A DNA stretch of 63,043 nt, filler included, from Octopus bimaculoides (Eukaryota): assembly GCF_001194135.2 (NCBI RefSeq). It is 6 parts of 4 records of this genome, joined end to end, with 100 filler letters (N's around TTAATTAATTAA, not from the genome) between each part and the next. Parts side by side here need not be neighbours in the genome. Positions count along the whole stretch, not along the records: positions 1 to 16,930 come from NC_068982.1; 5 more parts are not named here. One strand, given 5' to 3'. Position numbers and translations under genes: made by a program. Below the pieces are notes generated by a model, which was not told the origin of the DNA, did no database searches, and worked only from the letters and a program-made list of their open reading frames with translations. Below, in pieces: positions 1-11,158 of this stretch (position 1 is the stretch's first letter; every line of letters begins with the position of its first letter).

Positions 1-33
<33 letters not shown>

Positions 34-734
34 CATACACACATACATAGATACATGTATATGTGAAAAGAAAAATGAAAGGGGAAAAAATTAAAATGAA
101 TGGTTAACGATAAAGAAATAAAAAGTAGGAAGAAAAATGAGGGGAGAAGGGAAAGTGGACAGAAACAGAGTGAAAAAGAAGATGAAGAAGGAAACATAAA
201 GCGAAGGTAAAGAGGGGGAAAGAGAAAGATATGTATTATATCGTTATTCAAACGGCGGAAGACGCAATGGGTTTAGAAATGGAGAGATAGCCGAGATAGA
301 GATAACAAAACAACGAAAATCTATGAAGAAAAGACAGAGGGCAAGTTAAAAATGGATGAGAAAGCTCAGATTGAGATAATGAAATAAAGTGATGGAATAG
401 GGAAGTCGAATGATCTTAGGAGGAAAGGAAATTCTATGAGTTAGACATAAATGAAGAAAGCCACTCGAATATTAGTCAAAAAATTGATAGAAACATCTGT
501 AAATACGTTAATCACTTTTTAATTTTAAAATGCTTTTTGTTCTTCCTTTCCTTACGCCCACCAAATTGTCTTTCTTTCTTCTTCTGCCTCATATTCTTTC
601 ATTGTCTGAGCTTTTCTTAAAATTTGAGATGAGGAGCAAATGACATTTTGAGATTGAAGTGTGTTATGTGTATTTACCAATGAAGGGACAATATACACAT
701 ATATACATACATGTATTTATTTATACATATGTAA

Positions 735-767
<33 letters not shown>

Positions 768-808
768 CTATTGGCTACGTGTTTCTCTGGGATTAGTCAA
801 GTGATGTA

Positions 809-857
809 GACATCTCTGATGAGTCTCCAATAAGGATCGAAAATCGATTAAAGGTAT
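809..857 (+). ncRNA. Degenerate type I hammerhead ribozyme-like motif
   Basis: CTGATGA (816-822), imperfect stem II G-TCTCC-AATAA-GGATC, GAAA (839-842), palindromic stem III AATCGATT (842-849), then A. Stem I is only about 4 bp with a bulge. Confidence 0.3.
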
Positions 858-924
858 TCACCATTTCACCATTTTCTCAGCTACGGAGAAATCGATAAAT
901 TTGGACATGTTTGTATGTCTGCTA

Positions 925-960
<36 letters not shown>

Positions 961-2036
961 GAAAGGAAATTTCATGCAGAAAGGCTGTGAACAGTCCAGC
1001 GTTTTGTTGTTAGATATACAACTCTATATTGAAATGAAAGTAAAAATGAAATGAAAAGTCGTCAAAAAATTACACGTAAAATTCCGACGTGTGACTTTTG
1101 TGGTAGGATGTATTATTCATTCGGTTGGTAAAGTTAATATCCACAGAAGATATTTTCTCTTATGAGAACACGAAAACAAGATTCCTAATTTTGTGATAAA
1201 TAAATCTGGTGGCTGCCTTGGAATATAGTATCCTTCTGAAAAACAGAGGCGATGTTTGAATACGTTGATGTAAGACGATGTAGCTTCGAAGATTCACAAG
1301 TTGATATTGAAATTATTAACGCCTTTCAACCTTCAGATTCCAGACATATTTTGAGAAGATTGCGGCATTTCTGTTGTGATCGCAACAGAAAAGGATATGT
1401 ACTGATTACATTTTGATTAAAAGGTATCTTCAGTCAGGCTTATATAATGGCTTGCGTAGCTATCGTTCTTAATTAAAATCTTCGCTCAGAACACTACATT
1501 TATTTCAAGGTATTTAGCTTCCCAGAAGAGGCGTTCATATCAGTGTGTATATGGCTGTATACACATATACACGAATGGGTAGAGTTGTACCTCGTATAAT
1601 ATATATTTATCTATGAGCGTGTACCAGGTATTTTTTATGTTTGCATATGCGTATAAACATAAGCGCAGATTCTATTCAATCATTTTGAGCGTGTACGCAT
1701 ACACGGATCCAATCCATCCTTTTTATCAAGGACCTCTATCAAAAATATATTTCTATTAAGCTCCCAGCCATTACTTTCATCCATTAACCCTATTTATAGG
1801 ATTTCTTACCAGAATTATGTTATCAGGTGTCTGTCACTGTTTTTTGAGACTGCTCAAGAATATTCCATATGTATTGTATAGAGATCTCCTTGGGAAATAC
1901 AGAATTTCATTTTACATGATCCATGTAAGAAGCCCAAAACACCGAAGCAATACTCAGGAGTTTTCAACTTCAAATACGTATCTGCACACACACACACGTA
2001 TGTATGTATGTATGTATGTATATACATATATATACA

Positions 2037-2403
2037 TTGCGTAGAAGAGTAGCTGTCCATAAGGAACAAATAAACCTCCCTCAATACCGCCAAATTCCAC
2101 TCAGTGGCCACATAGACTCTTGCGCCAGAAACAAAAACCCCAAATTCATTATATTCCCTTTCTATCAATGTAAAGACAGAATCTCCACACAAGAAAGAAT
2201 CAACAAGGAGAATCTTTTCATAGAGAAATTCCAACCATTTCTTAACACACACACCCCTCAGTGACCTTATTTCTCTATGAACAGACACAAACTTCCTGTT
2301 GAAAAAAAGAGTTCATAACTCCAACTAAAAACACTTGTCTCCCCTTACACACACTTCTTGTTTTGACACCACATTTCCTACTTAACACAAACTTTTAACC
2401 CTT
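2037..2403 (+). mobile_element. Penelope-like element 3' fragment (C-terminal half of GIY-YIG endonuclease plus 3' UTR)
   Basis: LRRRVAVHKEQI..PQYRQIPLSGHIDSC..FIIFPFY..RINKENLFIEKFQPFLN* fits the PLE GIY-YIG C-terminal pattern (LR.R...H, S.H...C, R..KE..FI..F.P.LN). Cut by a microsatellite on the 5' side and a gap on the 3' side. Confidence 0.7.
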
Positions 2404-3238
2404 NNNNNNNNNNNNNNNNNNNNNNNNNNNNNNNNNNNNNNNNNNNNNNNNNNNNNNNNNNNNNNNNNNNNNNNNNNNNNNNNNNNNNNNNNNNNNNNNN
2501 NNNNNNNNNNNNNNNNNNNNNNNNNNNNNNNNNNNNNNNNNNNNNNNNNNNNNNNNNNNNNNNNNNNNNNNNNNNNNNNNNNNNNNNNNNNNNNNNNNNN
2601 NNNNNNNNNNNNNNNNNNNNNNNNNNNNNNNNNNNNNNNNNNNNNNNNNNNNNNNNNNNNNNNNNNNNNNNNNNNNNNNNNNNNNNNNNNNNNNNNNNNN
2701 NNNNNNNNNNNNNNNNNNNNNNNNNNNNNNNNNNNNNNNNNNNNNNNNNNNNNNNNNNNNNNNNNNNNNNNNNNNNNNNNNNNNNNNNNNNNNNNNNNNN
2801 NNNNNNNNNNNNNNNNNNNNNNNNNNNNNNNNNNNNNNNNNNNNNNNNNNNNNNNNNNNNNNNNNNNNNNNNNNNNNNNNNNNNNNNNNNNNNNNNNNNN
2901 NNNNNNNNNNNNNNNNNNNNNNNNNNNNNNNNNNNNNNNNNNNNNNNNNNNNNNNNNNNNNNNNNNNNNNNNNNNNNNNNNNNNNNNNNNNNNNNNNNNN
3001 NNNNNNNNNNNNNNNNNNNNNNNNNNNNNNNNNNNNNNNNNNNNNNNNNNNNNNNNNNNNNNNNNNNNNNNNNNNNNNNNNNNNNNNNNNNNNNNNNNNN
3101 NNNNNNNNNNNNNNNNNNNNNNTCTAAAACCACATTAAATGTTCATACAGCACAAGGAGAAAAGACAAAGGGACAAAATAAACTCAAAATAAACTCTAAA
3201 TTATAATATATATATATATATATATATGTATGTATAAC

Positions 3239-3518
3239 GGATGAGCGATCAGCGTTTTTCCGAACGACCTGCACAAATGATTCGTTTATAGTGATCAAAC
3301 GTATTTGCTGTACATTATCTCACTCTCTCCTCCATTAAATCGATGTTGCCTGAACAGGTGTACGGTGTGCCACGCGTCAAGTGTCGAAAGTGATCGCTGA
3401 GCAATGTGAGATAATGTGTTTTGCTCAAGAACACAACACATCACCTGGTCAAGGAATTGAAATCACGATCTTCCAATCGTGGCTGCAACACTCTAACCAC
3501 TAGGCCATGCGTCCTCAC
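3239..3518 (-). mobile_element. tRNA-derived SINE, family D
   Basis: Minus-strand head with A box TGGCCTAGTGGTTAG and a B-box-like segment, followed by TTCTTGAGCAAAACAC. Homologous to 10873-11158 and 25785-26010. Confidence 0.75.
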
Positions 3519-4087
3519 TATATATATATATATATATATATATAACCATCAAGCTTAGATACTCATACACACATACACTGTACACATCCATATACATACA
3601 TACATACGTGTGTGTGTGTGTGTACTCTGCACACGCATGATTCTGTATGTGTGAGTGAGTACGTGTAAGTGATTCAAACCTTTCACACCAGCCAGAAGCC
3701 TGAAGTTGACTTGCAGCCAGCTCCATTGAAAGCAAGTGTCTGTTTAGATAAGAAAATACGATAAGACTTTTTCTCGAGAAAAGTATTGCCACTAAAACTG
3801 ATGCATTTATGTATAAGGTCAGCTTAAAGTAATATTCTAATTTGTTCTACATTGTTAGATACTTCACTTCGTTTTTCCTTCTCGTCCTCTTTATTTCATT
3901 AAATATCATTTCCTTTTTGCACCATAGCAGCATAAATCTAATAGAAAACTTTCCACGCAAGAGGGATATAAAATTGATAAAATAAACAACCTTGCAATCT
4001 TACGATCGAATCAAACTCTTATTTTATATATGTATATGCATATGTATGTATGTATGTATGTATTGTAACATATGTATGTATTGTAAC

Positions 4088-4118
<31 letters not shown>

Positions 4119-4330
4119 TGTATTATTGTAACATATGTATATATGTGTGTATGTATGTTTAGGGATTTAGAAAAAACCCCACCAAATTTGAAGTATTTAT
4201 TTTCTTAAGGTTCTTTCCTGTGATCCTTGTATAACTTAAGTTTCGGACATCATGTTATTCTTTCGTGGGTTGATATACAGCAAGGATACAAAGAAGAAAC
4301 TCTACATTCTCATATATCAGGCAAAATATC

Positions 4331-4368
<38 letters not shown>

Positions 4369-4370
4369 GT

Positions 4371-4583
4371 GATCCTTTCTACTCTAGGCAGAAGGCCCAA
4401 AATTTTGGGGGGAGGGGGCCAGTCGATTAGATCGACCCGAGTACGCAACTGGTACTTAATTTGTCGACTCCGAAAGGATGAAAGGTAAAGTCAACCTCGG
4501 CGGAATTTGAACTCAAAACGTAGCGACGGGCGAAATACCACTAGGCATTTTCTAGCGTGCTAGCGATTCTGCTAGCTCGCCGC
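4371..4583 (-). mobile_element. tRNA-derived SINE, family A, flanked by (AAT)n on both sides
   Basis: Reverse complement of the GGCGAGCTGGCAGAATCG...GAGTTCAAATTCCGCCGAGGTCGACTTTGCCTTTCATCCTTTCGGGGTCGAT consensus seen more than 15 times in the window. Confidence 0.85.
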
Positions 4584-4628
<45 letters not shown>

Positions 4629-5100
4629 TGGTACCAACATACACCGGAAAAGGTAATAGACGAAAAGGGGAAGGCAAAAATCCTCCGGGACGTTTACTTC
4701 CAGACAGACAAGGTGTTAGAGCACCAAAGGCTGGATATAGTAACCCTTACGAGGGGCAAACAAGAAGGCCTATTCATAGACGTGGCAGTGCCAGGAGATC
4801 AACGTATTATCATGAAAGAAAGAGAAAAAGTTGATAAATATGGAGACCCGAGAATTGAGATCGCTAAGATGTGGCAGCTACGAGAGTCAAGCATAAAGGT
4901 TATCCCTATTGTCATCGAAGCATTGGGTTCAATACCATCCAATCTGAAAACATCTGAAAACTTTAGAAATACCCTACAATCTAGGTGTATTGCAAAAGTC
5001 GGCATTACTTGGAACTGCAAGCAGATTGTGTAGAGTACTGTCTGTCTGAGGTCCTTGTGACTTGACAAACAGTACAAACCCGCGGTCGACACAATATCTT
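4629..5100 (+). mobile_element. 5'-truncated R4/Dong-like non-LTR retrotransposon (restriction-like endonuclease domain and 3' UTR)
   Basis: WYQHTPEKVI..KIL.D...QTDK..EHQRLDIV..FIDVAVPGD..EKVDKY..IPIVIEALGSIP is a degenerate RLE (PD..D/E.K) domain. It begins directly after (AAT)n, and its 3' tail matches 30217-30275 (minus). Confidence 0.8.
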
Positions 5101-5346
5101 NNNNNNNNNNGAAGAAGAAGAAGAAGAAAAAGAAGAAGAAGAAGAAGAAGAAAAAGAAGAAGAAGAAGAAGAAAAATGGTTTCAAATTCTGCCACAAGAG
5201 CTGCAATTTTGGGGGAGGGGATAAGTCGGTTAGATTTTCTTTTAATATAATCCCACACTTAACCCTTATGACCTAACGTAATCCCGCACTTAACACTTAC
5301 TGACCCTTATGGTCAATAAAGAAAGCATTACTATTATTATTGATAT

Positions 5347-5487
5347 GGTTCAAATTTCGCCGAGGTCGACTTTGTTTTTCATTCTTTCGGGGTCGAGAAT
5401 TAAGTACCAGTTGCATACCGGGGTCGATAAATTGACTATCCTCCTCCTCCACTTCAAATTTCAGGCCTTGTGACTTTAGTAGAAAGG

Positions 5488-5523
<36 letters not shown>

Positions 5524-6118
5524 GTTGTTGTTGTTGTTGTTGTTGCGGCGAGCTGGTAGAATCGTTAGCACGCCGGGCGAAATGCTTAGCGGTATTTCGT
5601 CTGCCGCTACATTCGGAATACAAATTTCTCCGAGGTCGACTTTGCCTTTTATCCTTTCGGGCTCGATTAAATAAGCACCAGTTACCCGTTGGGGGTCGAT
5701 GTAATCAACTTAGTCCCCTCCCCCAAGATGCCTTTGTGGCAAAAATTTTGAAATCATTGCGGCGAGCTGGCAGAATCGTTCAGAATCTGAGTTGAAATTC
5801 CGCCGAGGTCGACTTTGCCTTTCATCCTTTCGGGGTCGATAAATGAAGTACCAGTTACGCATTGGAGTCGATGTAATCTACATAATCCCTTTGTCTGTCC
5901 TTGTTTGTCCCCTCTACGTTTAGCCCCTTGTGGGCAATGAAGAAATAAGAATCGTTAGCACGCCGGGAAAAATGCTTAGCGGTATTTCGTCTACCGAGGT
6001 CGACTTTGCCTTTCATCCTTTCGGGGTCGATAAATTAAGTACCAGTTGAGTACTGGGGTCGATGTAATCGCCTATCACCCTCTCCTAAATTTCAGGGCTT
6101 ATACCTATAATCGAAAGA

Positions 6119-6120
<2 letters not shown>
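5347..6120 (+). mobile_element. Head-to-tail stack of about four family A SINE copies or fragments
   Basis: The repeated core GAGGTCGACTTTGCCTTTCATCCTTTCGGGGTCGAT occurs near 5362, 5632, 5805 and 5995, all on the plus strand, with (ATT)n/(GTT)n spacers and tail. Confidence 0.85.
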
Positions 6121-6154
<34 letters not shown>

Positions 6155-8174
6155 AGTAGCAGTAGTGTTGTTGTTGTTGTTGGTGGTGGTGGTAGTGGTA
6201 GTAGTTGTTATTTTGTTGTTGTTGTTGTTGTTAATATGATATACGGCGTTGGGGAGAGAGAGGTAGAATTTCTGTTGGAAATTGCTTTAGATTGTTTATC
6301 TGAAGTTCAACCTAGCAAAGTATCACATGATAGTCTGGAATTAAGTTACATCTACAGTATATTCAAGCACCAGAACAGAGCTTACGTAAACAAATAAGGA
6401 GGTTAATTTGTTGGGATTTCTCAATCAAAAATCCTGTCTTAATTAGTGTAAGCAATTACTCTTGATTTTAATGGTCATTGCTAATTTATACTATGTAATA
6501 GAACTGTCAGTACGTTAAATAGAGGAGAGGGAGAGAGAGAGAGAAAGAATGTGTATGTGTATGCACGTGTGTAAGAGAGGGAGTGTGTGTGTGTGTGAGA
6601 GAGAGAGAGTGTGTGTGTGAGAGAGAGAGAGAGTGTGTGTAGTGTATGAATGTGTGTGAGTGTGTGTGAGAGAGAGAGGGTGTGTATGAGAGAGAGAGAG
6701 TGTGTGTGTGCGTGAGAGAGTGTGTGTGTATGTGTGAGAGAGAGAAAGTGTGTATGTGTGAGAGAGAGAGTGTGTGTGTGTGTGTAGTGTATGAATGTGT
6801 GTGAGTGTGTGTGAGAGAGAGAGAGTGTGCGAGAGAGACTGAGAGAGAGAGACTGAGAGAGAGAGACTGAGNNNNNNNNNNNNNNNNNNNNNNNNNNNNN
6901 NNNNNNNNNNNNNNNNNNNNNNNNNNNNNNNNNNNNNNNNNNNNNNNNNNNNNNNNNNNNNNNNNNNNNNNNNNNNNNNNNNNNNNNNNNNNNNNNNNNN
7001 NNNNNNNNNNNNNNNNNNNNNNNNNNNNNNNNNNNNNNNNNNNNNNNNNNNNNNNNNNNNNNNNNNNNNNNNNNNNNNNNNNNNNNNNNNNNNNNNNNNN
7101 NNNNNNNNNNNNNNNNNNNNNNNNNNNNNNNNNNNNNNNNNNNNNNNNNNNNNNNNNNNNNNNNNNNNNNNNNNNNNNNNNNNNNNNNNNNNNNNNNNNN
7201 NNNNNNNNNNNNNNNNNNNNNNNNNNNNNNNNNNNNNNNNNNNNNNNNNNNNNNNNNNNNNNNNNNNNNNNNNNNNNNNNNNNNNNNNNNNNNNNNNNNN
7301 NNNNNNNNNNNNNNNNNNNNNNNNNNNNNNNNNNNNNNNNNNNNNNNNNNNNNNNNNNNNNNNNNNNNNNNNNNNNNNNNNNNNNNNNNNNNNNNNNNNN
7401 NNNNNNNNNNNNNNNNNNNNNNNNNNNNNNNNNNNNNNNNNNNNNNNNNNNNNNNNATATATATATATATATACAAAAATGTGCACAGATACACACAGCC
7501 CTGAGCAGAAGAGAGGGAGGAGGAGCCAGTTGGCATGGGCCTACGGTTTTGAGGTGGTGGGGTTTACTTCTAGGCGAAGGGGAGATCCTTTGTTAGAGAA
7601 TTTTGTTTTCCTTATATAATTCTCTGGTTCGTTTATTCTCTCGTTACTTCTAATTACATCAATGAACGCTACATGTATATGTATGCAACTGCAACTCATT
7701 CGTAAACCATGTATTTAGGACCGTCCGCTAAAATTCGTAATAAACAGATTAGAATAGTGCCCGCGCTTCTTATTTAGGGCAGAGTCTATAACTAGCACTG
7801 CATTCGCCTGTACATGCAAATAAACATGCATACATACATGCATTCATACATGCATGGCATATATGCGTACATGTATTCATGCATACATACTGACATACAG
7901 GCGTGGCTGAGTGGTAAGACGTTTGCTTCCCAATCACATGGTTCCTGGTTCAGTGCTACAACGTAGTACCTTGGGCAAGTGTTTTCTACTATAGCCTCAG
8001 ATCGACCAAAGTCTCGTGAGTGGATTTCGTAGACGGGAACTAAAAGAAGCCCATCGTATGTATGTATATATATATATAATGTACTGTTCCGTGATAGAAA
8101 GTCCAACAAAAGAAATACTCAATTTGGTGAGAGATAAATATTATTTAATTAAAGGACACAATACATGTTTTTAA

Positions 8175-8229
8175 GTGCTACTAACAGCTTCATATGTTGA
8201 GAAATATTTCAAACATATTCATCAGGCAC
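8175..8229 (-). ncRNA. Type I hammerhead ribozyme relic in the inverted PLE terminus
   Basis: Minus strand reads GTGC-CTGATGA-ATATGTT[TGAAATATTTCTC]AACATAT-GAAG-CT(GTT)AG-TA-GCAC. This gives a 4-bp stem I, 7-bp stem II, 3-bp stem III and a GUA cleavage triplet. Variants are A15.1 to G and A-U at 10.1/11.1. Confidence 0.55.
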
Positions 8230-8371
8230 AAACCATATATCGTAATGATAATACAATAAATAATAAGACCTGTATTGGATTATGTGAAGGAGAATTTTAA
8301 AAATCGCTGTGCGAATCGCATAGCCTCATTCCGACATAAAGACAAAAGCAAGGCTACTAAGTTGGCTAACC

Positions 8372-8512
8372 TAGCCGGTGACTGGTAACAAAGTCACAGG
8401 TAAAAACTCACAATTAATTTACGGGATCCGGCCAAAACCCTGTGAATTTTTTTCCTGTGACTTTATTATCATAACTTTTATTCCTGTGACTTTTTTTTTA
8501 CCTGGTTTCGGT
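8372..8512. mobile_element. About 140-bp MITE-like insertion interrupting the GIY-YIG frame
   Basis: AAAGTCACAGG on the left and CCTGTGAC(TTT) repeats on the right in inverted orientation. Removing it rejoins LAN/HVW. TSD is ambiguous. Confidence 0.55.
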
Positions 8513-9418
8513 TAGCCACGTATGGAGTTAGAAAACTAATGAAACACCACATTTGATTAAGTGGAAAATAAACGAGAAATCCACACCTAACGTTAATGTA
8601 TCAAATAAATGTAGACCATGTTCAGCTGAAAGAGCTCATATCTTTTTCGGATCTAAGATCCCTAACTCTCTGCTGAACTCTATGTCTGAAATTTTCAGCA
8701 GTTGCAAACATGTGTATAAATATATTTTAAAGAATTTGAAAATTCCGCCTATAGCTGGTTGACTTCTTAATATATTTCCAGCCTTATAATTTTAGGTCTA
8801 AGGAAGATAACTCTTACCTTATCTACTTTTTACATTTTAGCTTTTACTTATTCGTTTTCCGTTTTTTTTTTTAACCTTCCGCGTTTTCTATATGCTGCCT
8901 TCTCAGCTCTTTCAAGTTTCTTCTCTAGTTAAATTGATTCGTTATGTTTGAGATGTTTTCTACTTAAAAAAGTATTAATAGCACATAAAGACATGCATTG
9001 TGTCCTTTAATTAAATAACATGTGTGTGTGTGTTTGTCCCCATCACCGTTTGACGACCGGTGCTGGTGTGTTTATATCCCTCGTAACACAGCAGTTTCAT
9101 AAAAGTAATCAATAAAATAAGTTTCAGGTTTAAAAGACAAGCACAGGGGCCGATTCGTTCGACTAAAATTCTTCAAGGCGGTGCTCCAGCATGGCCGAAC
9201 TCTAATAACTGACACAAGTAAAAGATAAACGATAAAAAATTCACACATACATACATATATTAGGATGAGCACACGCACACAAATATGCATACATCAACTA
9301 ATTCAGGTAACCACAAATTCCAAGAGACTTGTCTCTTTGTTAATAAATGGCTTAGATTATTACCAAGGAGAAAATTGCAATAAATACCTCCAAAAACATA
9401 CGTACACACGCACATACA

Positions 9419-9451
<33 letters not shown>

Positions 9452-10450
9452 GTCGAAGTGCATTCCTTGACCAAGTTTACATACTTGAGACTGGAAGACA
9501 GCTCCTTGAGCAACGCTCTTTGTCTGATAACCTAGAATACATGCACAAAGAAGTCGCACAACTCTACCGTAACGTATCATCAGATGAAAGGATGAGCCTA
9601 TATGAGCAGAAGATTATGCATGGATATGTTAGCAGAAAGCTTCGTGATGATAGTAACATCGATCATCAAAGCAGTTTATCATGGACGAATAGCCAGATTA
9701 CTACCTCCCACTTTGAAGGGATTGCGGTTGCAATCCAGAAACAGAAAATTTCGATCAAGTACCTGATGCACAAAAGGGATAGAGATGCAGGAAAAGCAGT
9801 AAAATGCGACAACCGATGCAGACTCTGTGGAGTTCACACTGAAGATATTACCCATATCACAAGCACTTGTCCGAAAATGTCATCACGATATTATCTAACG
9901 AAGAGACATGACCTTGTAGCTAGGACACTCTATAATGAAATCCGTCGGAAGGATAATTCCAAGGACAAAGAAATAAGAACCCGCAATATGGTAGAAGCCA
10001 TAGCCACTCATAATAAAGAAGAATAGTAGTGGAATGTACCAGTGAAGACCTCAATAAAATGTAAGCACAACAGACCTGATATAATGATTTGGGTTAGAAA
10101 AGAGAAACTGTGTACAGTTGTGGAAATTAGCTGTCCAACAGATGTTAACGTAAAGCTGAAGATCAGTGTAGAAGAGAAAGCCTATGCTGAACTATTGAGA
10201 AATCTGCAGTTACTTTATCCAGATTGCAAGTTCAGGTTTATACGTGTAATTATTGGGGCCCTGGGAAATGTAACTCACTGACTAAATACTAATCTTGAGA
10301 AATTAGGCTTCTAAAAACCAGAAAGCTAATTCGAGGACTACAGATCCAATCCATCACTGGAACTCTAGAAATTTGTAAAACATTCCAGAAGTTTATCATT
10401 TAAAGATATATGAGCGTGTCTAGATATGTAACTATATGCATGAGAAAACA
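9452..10450 (+). mobile_element. 5'-truncated R4/Dong-like non-LTR retrotransposon (CCHC knuckle and RLE), second family
   Basis: MHGY..TSHFEG..CRLCGVHTEDITHITSTCP..RHDLVARTLY then KHNRPDIMIW..VEISCP..YAELLRNLQLLYP..VIIGALG. In-frame stops at 10024 and 10279. Flanked by (ACAT)n at 9415-9450 and 10450-10520. Confidence 0.85.
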
Positions 10451-10491
10451 TACATAAAACATACAAATACATACATACATGCAAGCATACA

Positions 10492-10523
<32 letters not shown>

Positions 10524-10643
10524 CAAACAAAAATACCCTATTGTTGATGTTGAAATTCCAATGAGGGAGCCTTGGATCAAGGTTAGAAACCGGCTCTTTC
10601 TCTATTGGCAAGAAATCTTGGAATAAAACTAAATAATGGCATA

Positions 10644-10681
<38 letters not shown>

Positions 10682-10736
10682 TACACACATTCATAACTGA
10701 AAACAGAAGAAAGCTTACTTACATACATGCATACAT

Positions 10737-10771
<35 letters not shown>

Positions 10772-10872
10772 TACATACATACATGCAATTATGCATACGT
10801 ACATCACATATATATACATATGTCATGCATACATTTATCCATTCACTTATAGCTACATATGTTTATATATTT

Positions 10873-11158
10873 GAAGGCACGAGGCCTAGTGGTTAGGATG
10901 TTGCATTTACGATCTCTGGATCACGGGTTCGATTCCAGGATCGGCTGGCACGTTGTGGTCTTGAGCAAAACACTACATTTCCCGTTGCACCAATCCACTT
11001 AACTGTAAATAGCCCACCGTGCGACGGACTCGCCTTCCGATCAAATTCATCTGCTCACCCAGCCAGCGAGTTGCATCATTCGAAAGATAAAATGATGCAA
11101 AGCGTATTGTGACCAGCGATGTATAACAACACCCGATAATCTGGTCGATCACGTGATA
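10873..11158 (+). mobile_element. tRNA-derived SINE, family D
   Basis: A box GGCCTAGTGGTTAGG, B box GGTTCGATTCC, then TCTTGAGCAAAACAC. Homologous to the minus-strand copies. Confidence 0.75.

Larger units (their letters stand above)
8085..9018 (+). mobile_element. Penelope-like element fragment: GIY-YIG domain with inverted terminal repeats
   Basis: KTCIGLCEGEF/KNRCANRIASFRHKDKSKATKLAN (about 8265-8370) joins HVWS*KTNETPHLIKWKI..KCRPCSAER..LLNSMSEIFSSCKH (8517-8710). An inverted repeat links 8141-8184 and 8975-9018 (40/44 identical) and extends more loosely inward. Confidence 0.8.
7898..9238 (+). mobile_element. tRNA-derived SINE, family B, split into 7898-8060 and 9021-9238 by a Penelope insertion
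   Basis: The head and ACCTTGGGCAAGTG core lie before 8060. The body and tail (GGCGGTGCTCCAGCATGGCC...CAAGTAAAAGAT) resume at 9021. The two parts are collinear with the intact copy at 28264-28659. Confidence 0.75.

Noticed and set aside
1810-1981. Minus-strand exon-like segment with (TG)n-CAG acceptor and GTAAGA donor
   Set aside because: Stops in all three frames and no recognisable product.
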